Below are positions 24,676-36,945 of a stretch of DNA of 64,000 nucleotides, one piece after another (the stretch's first letter is position 1; each line of letters begins with the position of its first letter). Under the pieces are notes generated by a model, which worked only from the letters and a program-made list of their open reading frames with translations, was not told where the DNA came from and ran no database searches. Origin of the DNA: Octopus bimaculoides (taxonomy: Eukaryota); assembly GCF_001194135.2 (NCBI RefSeq), contig NC_068983.1, positions 31,755,858 to 31,819,857 of the forward strand, given 5' to 3'. A program made the translations under genes and the position numbers.

Positions 24676-27289
24676 GTTTGTGTATCCTTGTTTTGAGATC
24701 ACACACTGGCTGTAAGCAAATGTTACTGTCATATAAGTAGTTGTAGTGATGTTTATTTGCAATCTTCAGTAAAGTCATGTACAGCCATTGTTCTGGTCAT
24801 GTTTAAAAAACTAGGGGATTTATTGTTTTACTTGAAAACAGATCGGATTGGAACAGTAAGGGTCTTAGAAAATTGGCTCAACATATTTTATTCTGACTCA
24901 TGCAATCACAGAAAAATAGTCATTAAAACAATGATGGCGGTGGCGGCAGCGGTATGTGTGTGTCTAGAGAAATAATTGATTGGAAAAGATATTTGGTTAA
25001 TAGCCTATTAAGTGAAACTTCAGATCACTTAGCTGTCAGTATCTCTTTTTTCTCCATTTTACATTGCCGGTCCAAGGGCTAAACATTGGTTTTATGAATG
25101 ACTCTGACTCACATAGATATTCTGTATACCCACATACACATACAATGCTTCACAGAAGTGTGAATCAAACATTTAAAAGTTTTCTGTACAGTCTATTAAG
25201 AATTATCAAAAAGTTTTGTTGCACATTTACCATCTAGTTGCTGACCACTCTACTTCTAGATACAATACAATTGTATCAGTAACCAGATGGTTTCAGATCG
25301 TGATACTGCCAATTTTACAACTCTGGATCAGATGAGATCTTGTTCAGACAGAATTTTCATGACTGAATGCCCTTCCTGACACTAATCCTCACTTGTTTCC
25401 AAGCAAGGTAATAATCCCCTAGTGTATAGAACAACAAAAAGCTTGGATATGCTTTCACAGAGGATTACAAACACCATTTGTACAAAAGGTGAAGATTTTG
25501 CTTACAATTAGCTCTCACATGTCAAGAAATCCAGATATGCTTTCACAGCAAACTACAAACAAGCAACACTTCAAATGAACAGCGAGGCTTTTGTTTTCAA
25601 CAAGCACACACATCATTATCTTCATTTAACTTCCTCCTTCCATGCCGATGTGGGTTGGGCAGTTTGACAGGATCTGACAAGTTAGAAGACTGTGTCATGC
25701 TTTACTGTCTATTTTAGTATGGTTTCTACAACTGGATAGCCTTCCTAACTCCAAACATTAAAATAAAAGGGAATTTGCACTCAGTCACACACAGAGTTGT
25801 AGTGCAACGAAGATTCTATACTATAAGCTCATTATTATTGTTGTTGTTGCTGGAAAAGGAGGAGAGATTAAATAAAATAACATTTTTTTTATCACTAAGC
25901 ACAGATGTGGCTCTGTAGGTAACAAAGCTTGCTTCTCAGCCATGTGATTTCAGGCTAACCAAAGCTTTGTAAGTGGCTTTGGTAAATGGAAACTGAAAGA
26001 AGCCAATTGTAAATATGTTTGTGTATGCATATGTACATAGGTATACATGTGTGTGTGTTTGTATATACTCTTACCTTGACATCATGTGATTGTTGTTAAA
26101 CAAGCATCCCCATCATACAATGTCCATTTCTAGTCTTCCATGAAAAACATATCTGGGGAGATGTGACCTTGCTCGGAAATGGATACGGGTTGGTGACAAG
26201 AAGGGCATAGACATTAAAATGATGGTGTTTGAAACATATCTTAAACAGAGATCTAGTATACAAAATTAAAATGGAAGGTTTTAATATAAATATGAACACT
26301 TTAAACTGAGAGACTTTTGTATCACAAATCCAGGAGAGGTGTCAAGCAGGTTGATAACAAGAAGTAATTTATTATCAGTTGTTAGTATTTGGCTAACAAT
26401 GACTTTAAAGTTTTTATCAGAAAATATTGAAGAGGTTAAGCAAAATTTGTTAACATGCCTATGCAGCCTTTCTACTTTATGGCTCTTTTCCTGTTCGTGT
26501 TACTGTTTTATGCTGTGTACAATTCATTTCCTTTTGGCTATCATTGCTGTCTTTATTTGACTTATTGTTGCTTTCTGTTCCCACTTTTACCCTTTTCCTT
26601 TGAATTGTAGTAAATCATCATCATCATCATCGTTTAACATCCGCTTTCCATGCTAGCATGGGTTGGAGTATACAATAAGTTTATCTTCATCATCATCACC
26701 ACAGATGTCTGATACTGATATTTTTTATGTTAGCAATATTGAACGAGAACAAGGAAACTACAAAAATAGAACTTTGATGCCGTCGAGAGGTAGGCCCTGA
26801 AACAGCGTGCATTCTCTCCTGATGACCTTATACACTTGCTGGCTTCCGGTATGTGGAGTTCTCGACTGGTAGCGCTTGCATGTGCAAGTTGTTTGCAAGA
26901 CATCTAAGACCTTGTGGTAGGTAGCCACTGACAAACCAGAAAGACGGTTAGGCATCTTGGAAAGATGAGCGGACAATAGGAAAGACTATCGACACAAGGA
27001 GAGAGACTGGCGGAGGCTGCGGACTTACAATCCTCGCCTTTGTAATATATTGTCTTTTGCTTGTTTCAGTTATTAGACTGTGGTGATGCTTGGGCATCGC
27101 TTTGAAGTGTTTAGTTGAACAAATCAACCCTAGTACTTACAAATTAAGTTTGGTACCCAATTTATTTACTGATTTGAGGAAAAGAATTTTGTCATAACTA
27201 TCTCTTATTATTTGGTTTCAAGTTTACTTCAAAATAATAATGATAGAAAGATAATCGTGTTAACATTCTCTTAAACTTCAACTCTCCCA

Positions 27290-28120
27290 AAAATACTGCA
27301 TTTTTACAAAGCACTTGACAATCTTCCAGTGCAGCTGTGGTGATAAATCTGTAGTATCCTGCTATATCAGGAGAATATGGTGTGTGTTATAGAATTTCCC
27401 AGTCAAGTTCTCAAATAGCATTTTTGGTCAAATCAGCAACATGGGGACAAGTGTCATCATGTTGAAAAAGCAAGTCACCAGTTGGTTCATTTCAGCTGGA
27501 CCCCTCGTTGAGCTGGTGCTTTTGCTAAAATGCAAAGTTCTGCATTAATCATGTGGTTGTTTCCAAGTATTTTGTAGTGGATTATCCCTTCCTTATCCCA
27601 CTAAATGCAGATCATTGTCTTGCATGGATACAGCTCTGGCTTGGCTCAGTGTGTTGCTTGCATCTTGGGACTCAGCTATTTTTTGCTTTGTTCCATATTG
27701 ACATAATGCATTTTTCATTGCTAGTAACAATGCAGTAAAGAAATCTGTTTGTATCCACAATTAGCTAGATGATGATAAAAGACCGCTGGAGTTTGTCGCT
27801 TTCATTCAGAGCATGTGGCACCTATGCACTAAGTTTTTGGATCATGCTCATCAAGCAAAGAATGCATCACATCCGCTGGGTTAATTTCCTTGTGGATTGG
27901 TGCAGATCCTTATGGATGAGCTCATTCAATCAATTCTTGTAGAACTAAATAGGTTGCTGGAATGCATAGTCTGTATGGTCAGATTTCCCCTCCTTGATGT
28001 GTGAAAACCATTTCTGTGCAGTTCTTTCAAATGATAGTGACTTTGGCAGCTTTGGAAACTTGATTGAAAGTGAAGAAATGCAAAGTATCAAAAAGCCTCT
28101 TTTGTTTTACTTTACTTAAT
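27290..28120 (-). mobile_element. Decayed mariner transposase
   Basis: Minus strand reads KLSA*VPHAL (WVPHEL motif) and FLYCIVTSNEK (IVTGDEKW motif). Boundaries approximate. Confidence 0.7.
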
Positions 28121-28862
28121 GTTATATTCTTGGAGACTTTAGCTTTGATTGTAAATCACAAGCATCATCCAATTTCATTTTCTGTCCCCTATAAATATGA
28201 TGTAATCATTAACATGTTTTCCCAGTATTCGAAGTAAGTAGGTTTGAATTATTATTAAGAGGTTTATACTTATTTTGATACAAGTGAATAATATGAATAG
28301 TGTAGCACTGGATTAATAACTCACATGTCTTAAGATTAAATCCATGACTTGTGTTTTATTGTGTATTTGGCAGTATACTTAATTCTTAGTGTCTCACTTA
28401 CCCTAGCTGTTGAGTAAAAAGGTATCAGATCTTCTAGAATGTTAGCTGCATTTGATTGATGTCCTTTCTACAGGTAGCTAAACAGCAGAGCTAAGAACCA
28501 ACACTTGAAATCAAAGATTATGAAGCCTTTGCATTAAATACAATTATGAGGTTCTAAGCTTTTGTAAAAAATCAGTCTGTGTGCTTTTGCTTAAAAGGGA
28601 AATAATGCCATACAGTAAGATTATGTTACAGATATATTAATTTGCAATACTGTTTTTTGGTTTATGCTTTAAATATTCCCTAGGGAATATATATACCACA
28701 TAACAAGTCAAGATGATTATGGCTGATAAATAGAAGAGAGATAAAAATACAGATTTTTTAGATATTTTAAATTTAATCCTTTTTATTTTCACCAGTGTTT
28801 GAATTACTGAATTTCATTTATATTCCTGACAAATAAGTAAATGTTTTTTTATTTCATTTCAG

Positions 28863-28952
28863 TAAACAGGGACGGAAGCTTGGAACGGTTGAATTTCAGT
28901 GCAGTAGTTGCTATAAATGGTTCCATATTGATTGTATCAAAATTCCTTTAGG
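28863..28952 (+). CDS. ASH2L: ASH2L exon 4, PHD finger (KQGRKLGTVEFQCSSCYKWFHIDCIKIPLG)
   Basis: Acceptor TTTCAG|T, donor GG|GTAGGT. Matches recalled human GRQLGEVELQCGICTKWF. Confidence 0.93.
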
Positions 28953-29865
28953 GTAGGTATTCTTCAGCACCCCTTATACAGTTTTCTTTCTTTCCTTATT
29001 TTGTTCATTTTTTCTACCTTGCTACAACCATCATCATCAATATCATCGTCATTTAACGTCCGCTTTCCATGCTGGCATGGGTTGGACAGTTTGACAATTT
29101 TTCTTTCATCCACCATCCCCCTCCCTCAAAAAAGGAAATATTCCTTTTTATTATAGGCACAAAGCCAGAAAATTTCGAGGAGGGTGCTAGTCTCAATTAC
29201 ATTGACCCCAGTCCTTATTTAATTAACCCTAGAAAGATGAGAGGCAAGTTGACTTTGGCAGCATTTGAAATCAGAATTTTCTTTTCTGAAAAAATGTCAT
29301 TAAGCATTTTGTCCAGCACAGTAATGATTCTGCCTGCTCACTACCTTAATGTCAGTAAATATTAAAACCAGTTCTACACCATGTTTCTCTGTTAATTAAT
29401 TCCATTTTCTTCCTAAAAATAAATCATTATCATTGTTCTTATTATAATTAATGTCATTATGTATACCCTGATTTTTCATTCTTTGTTTATTTGATATACT
29501 GCCAAAGGGAACCAGATAGACAACATGTCACACCCTTTACCAGCATTGAATTATAGATAGATGAGAGATGTTTAGACCTGATGATGATGATGCATGTATA
29601 ATATATTGATGTTACTTATTCATCATCAGAAGAACTATTGTCACTACTTTCAGTAGGTCAGCACAACAACATATTTTCACATTCTTATATTGCAAATATA
29701 TATAAGTGAAAAAATATATAGTAAATACACAAACGAAAAGTAAACAATGTATAACATATATTGAGAGCACAAACAGACTAAAGACAAGCATAGAAGGTCC
29801 CTAATTCTTCATCAATTATCAACAGATGGTAGTACTCAGTGTTGCACCATTAATATAATGTATGA

Positions 29866-30185
29866 ACCCATGCTAGCATGGAAAGCGGACATTAAACGAC
29901 GACGACAATACGTACAGACATATATATATATATATATATATATACCGCCTGACTGGCCTTTGTAGGATTTTCGAGCGAGATCGTTGCCAGTGCCCCTGGA
30001 CTGGCTCTTGTGCGGGTGACACGTAAAAGCACCCACTACACATTAGGAAGAGCATCCAGCTGTAGAAACTCTGCCAAATCAGATTGGAGCCTGGTGTTGC
30101 CATCCGGTTTCACCAGTCCTCAGTCAAATCGTCCAACCCATGCTAGCATGGAAGGCAGACGTTAAACGATGATGATGATGATGTA
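29866..30185 (+). mobile_element. RTE 3'UTR/tail copy with a duplicated terminal segment
   Basis: The tail motif CCATGCTAGCATGGAA..TTAAACGA occurs at both ends. Confidence 0.75.
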
Positions 30186-31149
30186 TGTACAGATGGTGTA
30201 ATTGAATTATTCATCAATAAAAAAAATGTATCTGAAACAACTGTAGTGAACCTTTATCCCATTTGTGTTTATGTGACTAGCCAAAAGAAATATTTGTGTA
30301 TGTGCTTGTATGTATACATATTTTTGGGTTACTTGTGTGTGTGTGTGTGTGTGTGTGCGAGGTAGCTTCTATATGGGCATGTGTTGGATGGGTCATTACA
30401 GTCAGACAGTTCTTATTCAGAGTTACTACCCTCTTGGATGAGTCAAAAGGCTGTACTCACGCATACACACATTCCAATTTATGGCATGATTTCTTCAACT
30501 TGATGCCTAGGGTGTATTGGGATCATTTTATTGGACTACAAAATTGTCTTGTTTCCTACAAGACTGAAATGTCCTCTCTACAGTGTCTCTATAGATATTG
30601 GAGTTAGAACTCTAGTTTTCCAAATAAATGTGACTGGTGGAAGGGTGAGCAGAAAAGTGAGTGACCAACAAAGTGAAAGGACAAAGAGAGAGAGAGCATA
30701 TGTATGATGGAAAAGACAGTGTAGGGATTGAAGCCTAATTGGGAGTGTATAATAATAAAGAAATAATGATAGCTATATGTCAATTGTCAACAAGGAAATT
30801 GAATAGAGTTTGATGGGATGGCAATAAAAATGAGGGATGGTAAGAAAGTGATTAATGCATAAAAATAGGGAATGGTGATGGTAAAATTGGTTGATTTTAG
30901 AGTGTACAGATACATGATGACCTCTCTTTACACAGGTGTCACAATAGAAGAGAAGTAGACTGATTGATAAAAATGGTAAGAGAATAAAGGTAGAGTGATA
31001 AATTATATTGGTGAGGGATTAACAGAAGATGACAGCTTAATTTGATGTATTGGATGAGAAACCTAATGTTGATATACATCCCAACCTCCATTACCACCAC
31101 TATTTTAACAACAGTTTTGCCTTACTTGCACACATGGCAGGACCGTTTC

Positions 31150-31560
31150 ATGCATTATAACATTGTATTAGTCATCAGCTTTCTTTGTTCTTCATAAGGT
31201 CCAGCTTCTTGAGCTCAGTCTTTATTTTGTTCTATGTCATCTCTGATCTCCCTTTCCCACAGGTTTCATCTTCTTCAAACACTTAATACTTGTTTATGCA
31301 GCTGGCATCACATACACATACTAATAAAGTCTTTCCTCTTGCACACTGAATCTGATACATCTTATACCCAGCTTTTCTCTCAGCTCATTTGTGTTCCATC
31401 ATTTTTGCACATTAGCAGTATTCATCCAGAAGTGCACGTTCAGTTTTTTCTGACCATCATAAAGCTTCTTGATTCAGGGCCGACGTCTCACTTCTATACA
31501 TCACACAAAAATATCATGCAATCTGCCTTTATCCTTATAGAGAATCCCTTTGTTATCAGC
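31150..31560 (-). mobile_element. Decayed RTE ORF2 3' fragment
   Basis: Similar to the other RTE C-terminal copies (ELREKLGIR...VQE). Confidence 0.55.
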
Positions 31561-31728
31561 TATGGTAATAACTACCTGAACATTCCTGTGAACGTTTTTG
31601 TGCACATTTTTTGTATCTTGAATTCATACTTATAAACTGTCTAATTTAATTTAATTTAATGTTCATAACTGAAAATCTTTTACTTTATGATTTGCTTCTA
31701 ATATTAGCATGCTGTTGTTTTTTGTTTA

Positions 31729-31760
<32 letters not shown>

Positions 31761-31929
31761 GCAACTCATAACAGCTTGGAGAATTTCAGAGTGAAAACTA
31801 TGTTAAATGATAAATAGAAAATAAAAACATGAAATAGTGATCTTCATACAATTTAAATGCTATGAGGTATCAAGGATTTTCATGGGAAAGACACAGTGTG
31901 TGTATGTTTGATGTTAATAATAATAATTA

Positions 31930-32146
31930 TTTCTACTCTAAGAACAAGGCCTTCAAAATTTTGGGGGAAGGGGACTAGTCGATTACATTGAGCCCAGTGC
32001 TTAACTGGTACTTATTTCATCGACCTCAAAAGGATAAAAGGCAAAGTTGACTTCGGCAGGATTTGAACTCAGAACTTAGTGGCAGACGAAATACTGCTAA
32101 GCATTTCGCCCGGCATGCTAATGATTCTGCCAGCTCACTGCCTAAG
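31930..32146 (-). mobile_element. tRNA-derived SINE, second family (Meta-domain-like core)
   Basis: Core GTCAACTTTGCCTTTTATCCTTTTGAGGTCGATGAAATAAGTACCAG. Many copies (29150, 36960, 39650-40240, 40720, 44150). The superfamily assignment is inference. Confidence 0.75.
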
Positions 32147-32289
32147 CTTATTGTATAAAGTGCTCTTCAGAAAAGGTTGAAGGGGCAAACAAAGCAGACA
32201 TATATATCAATAAAGATGGTGTTGAAAGTTAGATGTCCATGCACAATACATAGAATAAGATACAAAAAGACAAAAAGGTGAACAAAGAA

Positions 32290-33060
32290 GGGATTTATAG
32301 GTATATCTGGAGTAGTGTTTGCAAATTTCAGGAAGTATGGAATTTTTTAAGGATGCACTGTGCTAATAACTGATACAGGTAGTTTATTCCATGCTTCAAC
32401 AATACTGAGCAAAAATGTTTTTGAAAACCATGGGTGCTGCGTTGTTTTGTGGATTTTATAATCATGTCCATGAGTGTAAGTGGTATTGAATTCAAAAAGG
32501 TGGCCAAAGTTGTTGAGAAAATGGTGGCTAATCTTGTGGGCTTTTGCCAAGTCAGTTACATGGTGTTGAAACTTAAGTATGCCAATGCCCAGAGAAGAAA
32601 TACATTCAAGATATGGTGACTAATAGAGGGTATTTGTTTGGCTGCATGTCTCTGGGCAGCTTCCAGTAGCTCAATATTCTGGACAAGATGGGTGCTCCAG
32701 TCTGGAGATACAAACTGTTAGTGTGGACATACCATTGCTATATATATACCTTTAAATAGATAGGTAGTGAGCAGCTGACAAAGATCTTACAGAATGATGC
32801 TAAGACAACTTTGGTATTTTGATAATTTTTAGAAATGTGGTTCCACCAATGCAGATCATTGTTGGCACTGATACCTAGGTCACATTCACCAGTAGACTTC
32901 TTAAGGTTGATGTTATGGAGGGAGAAGGTAAATTCTAGGTTTTCCTCCCAAAATGTATAGTAGCAACACTTGTCTACAGCCAGCTTGAATTGCCAGTCAG
33001 CAATCCATTGCAACATTATATGCAGAATGTGCAGAAAGTTGCCCTACTACCATGACTGCT
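32290..33060 (-). mobile_element. CR1-type LINE RT C-terminal fragment
   Basis: LQWIADWQFKLAVDKC...ECDLGI...LHWWNHI and SIVEAWNKLP motifs. Confidence 0.75.
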
Positions 33061-33906
33061 CAGGTATTTAATAACACAAACTGAAAAACACTGAATAGCA
33101 TCTTGATGACTCCTCTCAGATTTATGTGAAGAACAATCAATTCCATAAATCTTTTCAGTCATTTGTTTGAAGCGAGTTATCCAATAGCGATACTGGTTGT
33201 GGAATCATGATGATGAAAAACCGGCCCCACAATCAGCATTTCTCTTTTACTACCATCATGTTGTGTCCCTATGCAAAATACACAATTCTCTTTGCTTCAT
33301 TGAAAAATTTCTCAGGTATTCATACCTTTTGCATGATGAATATATGATTAAGTGCACACTAACATCAATTGAAAGAACTGAAATTGAAATACTTTGAAAA
33401 TTAAATGGAAATGTACAGTAGGGAAGAAGTTTGATCTTTAATAGTTACGGTGACAACTTTGGATATGTTTTAGTCTTATCAGCCCTCCTCAGCAAAGTTT
33501 AATCTAACATAGAATAACTTTATGGGGTTCTTTTGTGAATTTTTTTCTGTTTTAACAATTTAAAATAATTATATTGGAAAATTTCCCAGCGATACTCTGC
33601 ATGATAGGCTAACAATGCAATGCACTAAAAAGAAACTTCAATCAATTGAAACTGCTCTCTTTGTTTCAGCTTTCTTCGTTGACATGTACTTTATTTCTTT
33701 TACAGTTAAGGTGTCGGCTATATAGGTTTAGCCTACTGGGGAAACACAGGTTGTTTTATAAACTTATACAACAAGCTGTTTCAAGCTTGAAAATGTCCAA
33801 ATATACTAAATAGCAACCCTGCTAAAAGAAATATGAGATGGTTATTGTAAATGTATACAATATACTTCAGATTCATTTAGTGTTTTCATTTTACTTTTCA
33901 TTTCAG

Positions 33907-33998
33907 GAAATGTGTTCCTTTTATGTCAAATTACCTTTTTTACTGCAAGTCTAAGAAGTGCAGTCCAAACAGTGAAAGTTTTACCAAAAAACATGCAA
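33907..33998 (+). CDS. ASH2L: ASH2L exon 5 (KCVPFMSNYLFYCKSKKCSPNSESFTKKHA)
   Basis: Acceptor TTTCAG|G, donor A|GTATGT. Matches CLPFMTNYSFHCNVC. Confidence 0.93.
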
Positions 33999-34399
33999 GT
34001 ATGTATGATATTGTTTTGTAATTTATAAAATAGAGCTTTGAACTATTAGTTTTCTCTATTTTTGAGGATGTGTTGGTTATTATTTAATCAGTAAATATTG
34101 AAGTGGGCTTCTACTAACATTTCATTGCTTCTACTAATCAACCAGTTAAGAGCTTGAAACTTAACTCTCTCTGACTAAAACCAAAGTCACCTTAACTGAT
34201 TATTGGCAAATCATTAGAATATCTTGTTATGTCTGGGGCAAATCATTCTGTTTTAATACCTTATTAACACACTCACTTGTTCAATTTATACTCATTTGCA
34301 TCTTTTTCTTTCTAAAATTTCCATTGCTTCTTGTAACCTCTTCAGAAGTTGTTGACTCTGTCCCTTATTGGAGCTGAATTCTTTTTGTTTGTTTGTTTC

Positions 34400-34690
34400 T
34401 TTGTGCACATGTGTATACACTTATGTATGTATATGTTTATGTGTGTGTGTGTATGCAAATGTATATATGTATGCATGTGTGTACATTTGTATTTTGCATA
34501 TTCATGTGTTTGTCTGTGTGTATGTACCTCTGTTTCCTTGTGTGTGTGTATTTGTATACCTCTGTCTCCTTGTGTATCTATGTGTATGGGTTTGTGTGAC
34601 TATGTATGTATATCTGTTATGTATGGATGTGTGTGTGGAGTGCATGTGTGTATATGGTCACATGTCTCTTTTGTGTGTGTGTGTGTGCTT
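34400..34690. repeat. Degenerate (TG/TA)n compound microsatellite
   Basis: About 300 bp of alternating purine-pyrimidine sequence. Confidence 0.85.
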
Positions 34691-34879
34691 GTCTGTCCAT
34701 ATTACCTATGTACCTATCTATCTACTTAGTTATCTATTTACCTACCTATATATATATTCACCTACATAACAGCCTACTAACAAATCTATCTGTATCTATA
34801 TAAACTGTGGGTATTGGGGATTCGCTACCTTCTACTTGTATCTCCTAGTTAGTACAGGGTATGTTTCATTTATGAGGAC

Positions 34880-35230
34880 ATATTCTTGTATTTGAGTATT
34901 GGTTCCTTCAGGTACTTGGATAAAATGTGAATGTCAAGTCGACCCAGTGTGCCTCCATGTTGGTCTTTGGCATGTTGGTAGAGTATGGAGAAGTGTTTTT
35001 TTGTCATCATGTTGTCTCAAATAATCATTTAATCTCTCCATAATGCTTCTAGATGTCTCACCAATGTATGTCAAGTTCCTGTCTTTACAAGCACCCTCTA
35101 TGCACCTTATGCTGTAGACTACATTTCTAGTTCTACACTTAATGCCAGGGTTAATCTTACTTACCATGCAGTTCTCAAATGGGTGCATCCCACATAACTG
35201 ATTTGATGGTACTCCCTGGCTTTTCAATGA
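34880..35230 (-). mobile_element. Penelope-like element fragment, GIY-YIG endonuclease
   Basis: CRTRNVVYSIRC....C....YIGETSRSIMERL, typical of the PLE GIY-YIG domain. Confidence 0.8.
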
Positions 35231-35486
35231 TCTTAATGTTGAGTTTGGTCTCCTTCCATATAGTTACTACTTGCATCTGTTATAGAGATTTTAGAACAAG
35301 CTGCTTTGCTTGTCATTAGAGTATCAATATTTGTTCCAGCCGTTTTCATTATGAGTTCAAATCCTACCAAGGTTGACTTTGTCTAATACTTAATCAACTA
35401 ATCCCTCCCCTTCAATTTCTGGCCTTATGACTATATCAGAAATAATTATCTTTTATTGTTTTATATTATTTTTTATTATTTGTTTT

Positions 35487-35523
<37 letters not shown>

Positions 35524-35578
35524 NNNNNNNNNNNNNNNNNNNNNNNNNNNNNNNNNNNNNNNNNNNNNNNNNNNNNNN
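35524..35578. other. Assembly gap
   Basis: N run after (CT)n. Confidence 1.
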
Positions 35579-36694
35579 TCTCACATCATGCAGCAGCATT
35601 TAACCTACCAACAAGGCCTGTAATATCAATTGTATTTGTAGTTGAACCATTTCACTTGCCATTTTTTGCAATTCCTGGTCTCAGTAGTTTAGCCTCAAAG
35701 GGGTTGGGATGAGCCAAGTTGATTTGCCCTCGATTCACTGCAACCCATTAATTAAGAGTTGTGCAGCACTTTGTGGGGATTAATTCTGTTTATAGAATTG
35801 ACTTTGAGACTTTACTTATTGGGGGAGGGTTTATTTTATAGAGAGACACGGCATCAAGTTTATTAGAAAGTGTGTAGGGGAGGAGTTTTCTGTAACCTCA
35901 TATCTTCCCCAGAGAAATGAATGGTTTGAAATAGTTACAACCCAACATTGAGGCTGTGTTGAAAACTTTGCTGTGTTAGGACTTGCCTCTTTACAAAGCT
36001 TGCAACAGGAATCTTTAAGTAATAACAATGACACCAGTAAAGCTAGCAGGAATATTGTTTATAATCATTCAACCAGTTCATTGTAGCAATAAAATATCCT
36101 GCAACAAACACACTTATCTTCAAAATGAGGGTAAAAAGTTTCAAAACCGTAGATGTTAAGACATTATGCCTCACTGTAAAGATAGGATTTCCATGACTTC
36201 AGTACTGACTTTTGATCCCAGCCATTGTCTTGGATATTTTATATATACTCATCCAGTGTACAAAATTTATGAACTGCTTTTAAATGGTTTATCAGCTACT
36301 GACTGAACATATTGAATAGCAAATTTATCATATGACAATAAGGAAACTTCTAAATAGTTACTTAACTTTATTTTTACTTCAAAATAAGCATTATAAGGTG
36401 ATTTTTTTTTACTGCCAAATACCTTTCTTATCACTAACCACTCAGTAGTGAAGTAGGCATGAAGTTTTATGTCACTTAGGTAAATTGAACCAAGCAGTTT
36501 TGGGTTTTATCCAGGCAAACAAAGTGGCTGTTAATTTGAACTCTTAACCATGTACTGTACTCAGTAATCCAGCTTAACTTCACAGCTGTTGTGTCTCAAC
36601 ATACCAGTCAAATCCTCCTAAACATATCACTTACCATCTTTTAAAAAAGCAAGCATGTTTTAAATTCTAAATTTTGACACACTATACTGACTCT

Positions 36695-36945
36695 ATCATC
36701 ATCATCATCATTTAACGTCTGTTTTCCATGCTGGCATGGCTTGGACGGTTTGACTGGGTACTGGCAAGCCAGGAGGCTGCACCAGGCTCCAATCTGATCT
36801 GGCAATGTTTGTACAGCTGGATGCCCTTCCTAATGCCAACCACTCCGAGAGTTTTAGCAGGAGCTTTTTATGTGCCACCAGCACAAGAGCCAGTCAGGCG
36901 GCACTGGAATCGGCCACATTCGGATGGTGCTTTTTACGTGCCAGG
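36695..36945 (-). mobile_element. RTE 3'UTR/tail copy
   Basis: (CAT)n TTTAACGTC...CCATGCTGGCATGG. Confidence 0.8.

Noticed and set aside
29780-29840. Hammerhead-like (C/T)TGATGAAG motif on the minus strand, also at about 39620-39665
   Set aside because: A shared repeat with a possible stem I, but the GAAA core and stem II are missing; at most a decayed remnant.
29866-29915. Clustered T-to-C changes (GAC)n versus (GAT)n as a retro-inserted edited RNA
   Set aside because: Simply explained by one mutation amplified by microsatellite slippage.
34349-34803. Overlapping Cys/Val-rich ORFs
   Set aside because: Translation of a TG microsatellite; the same applies to 62430-62941.
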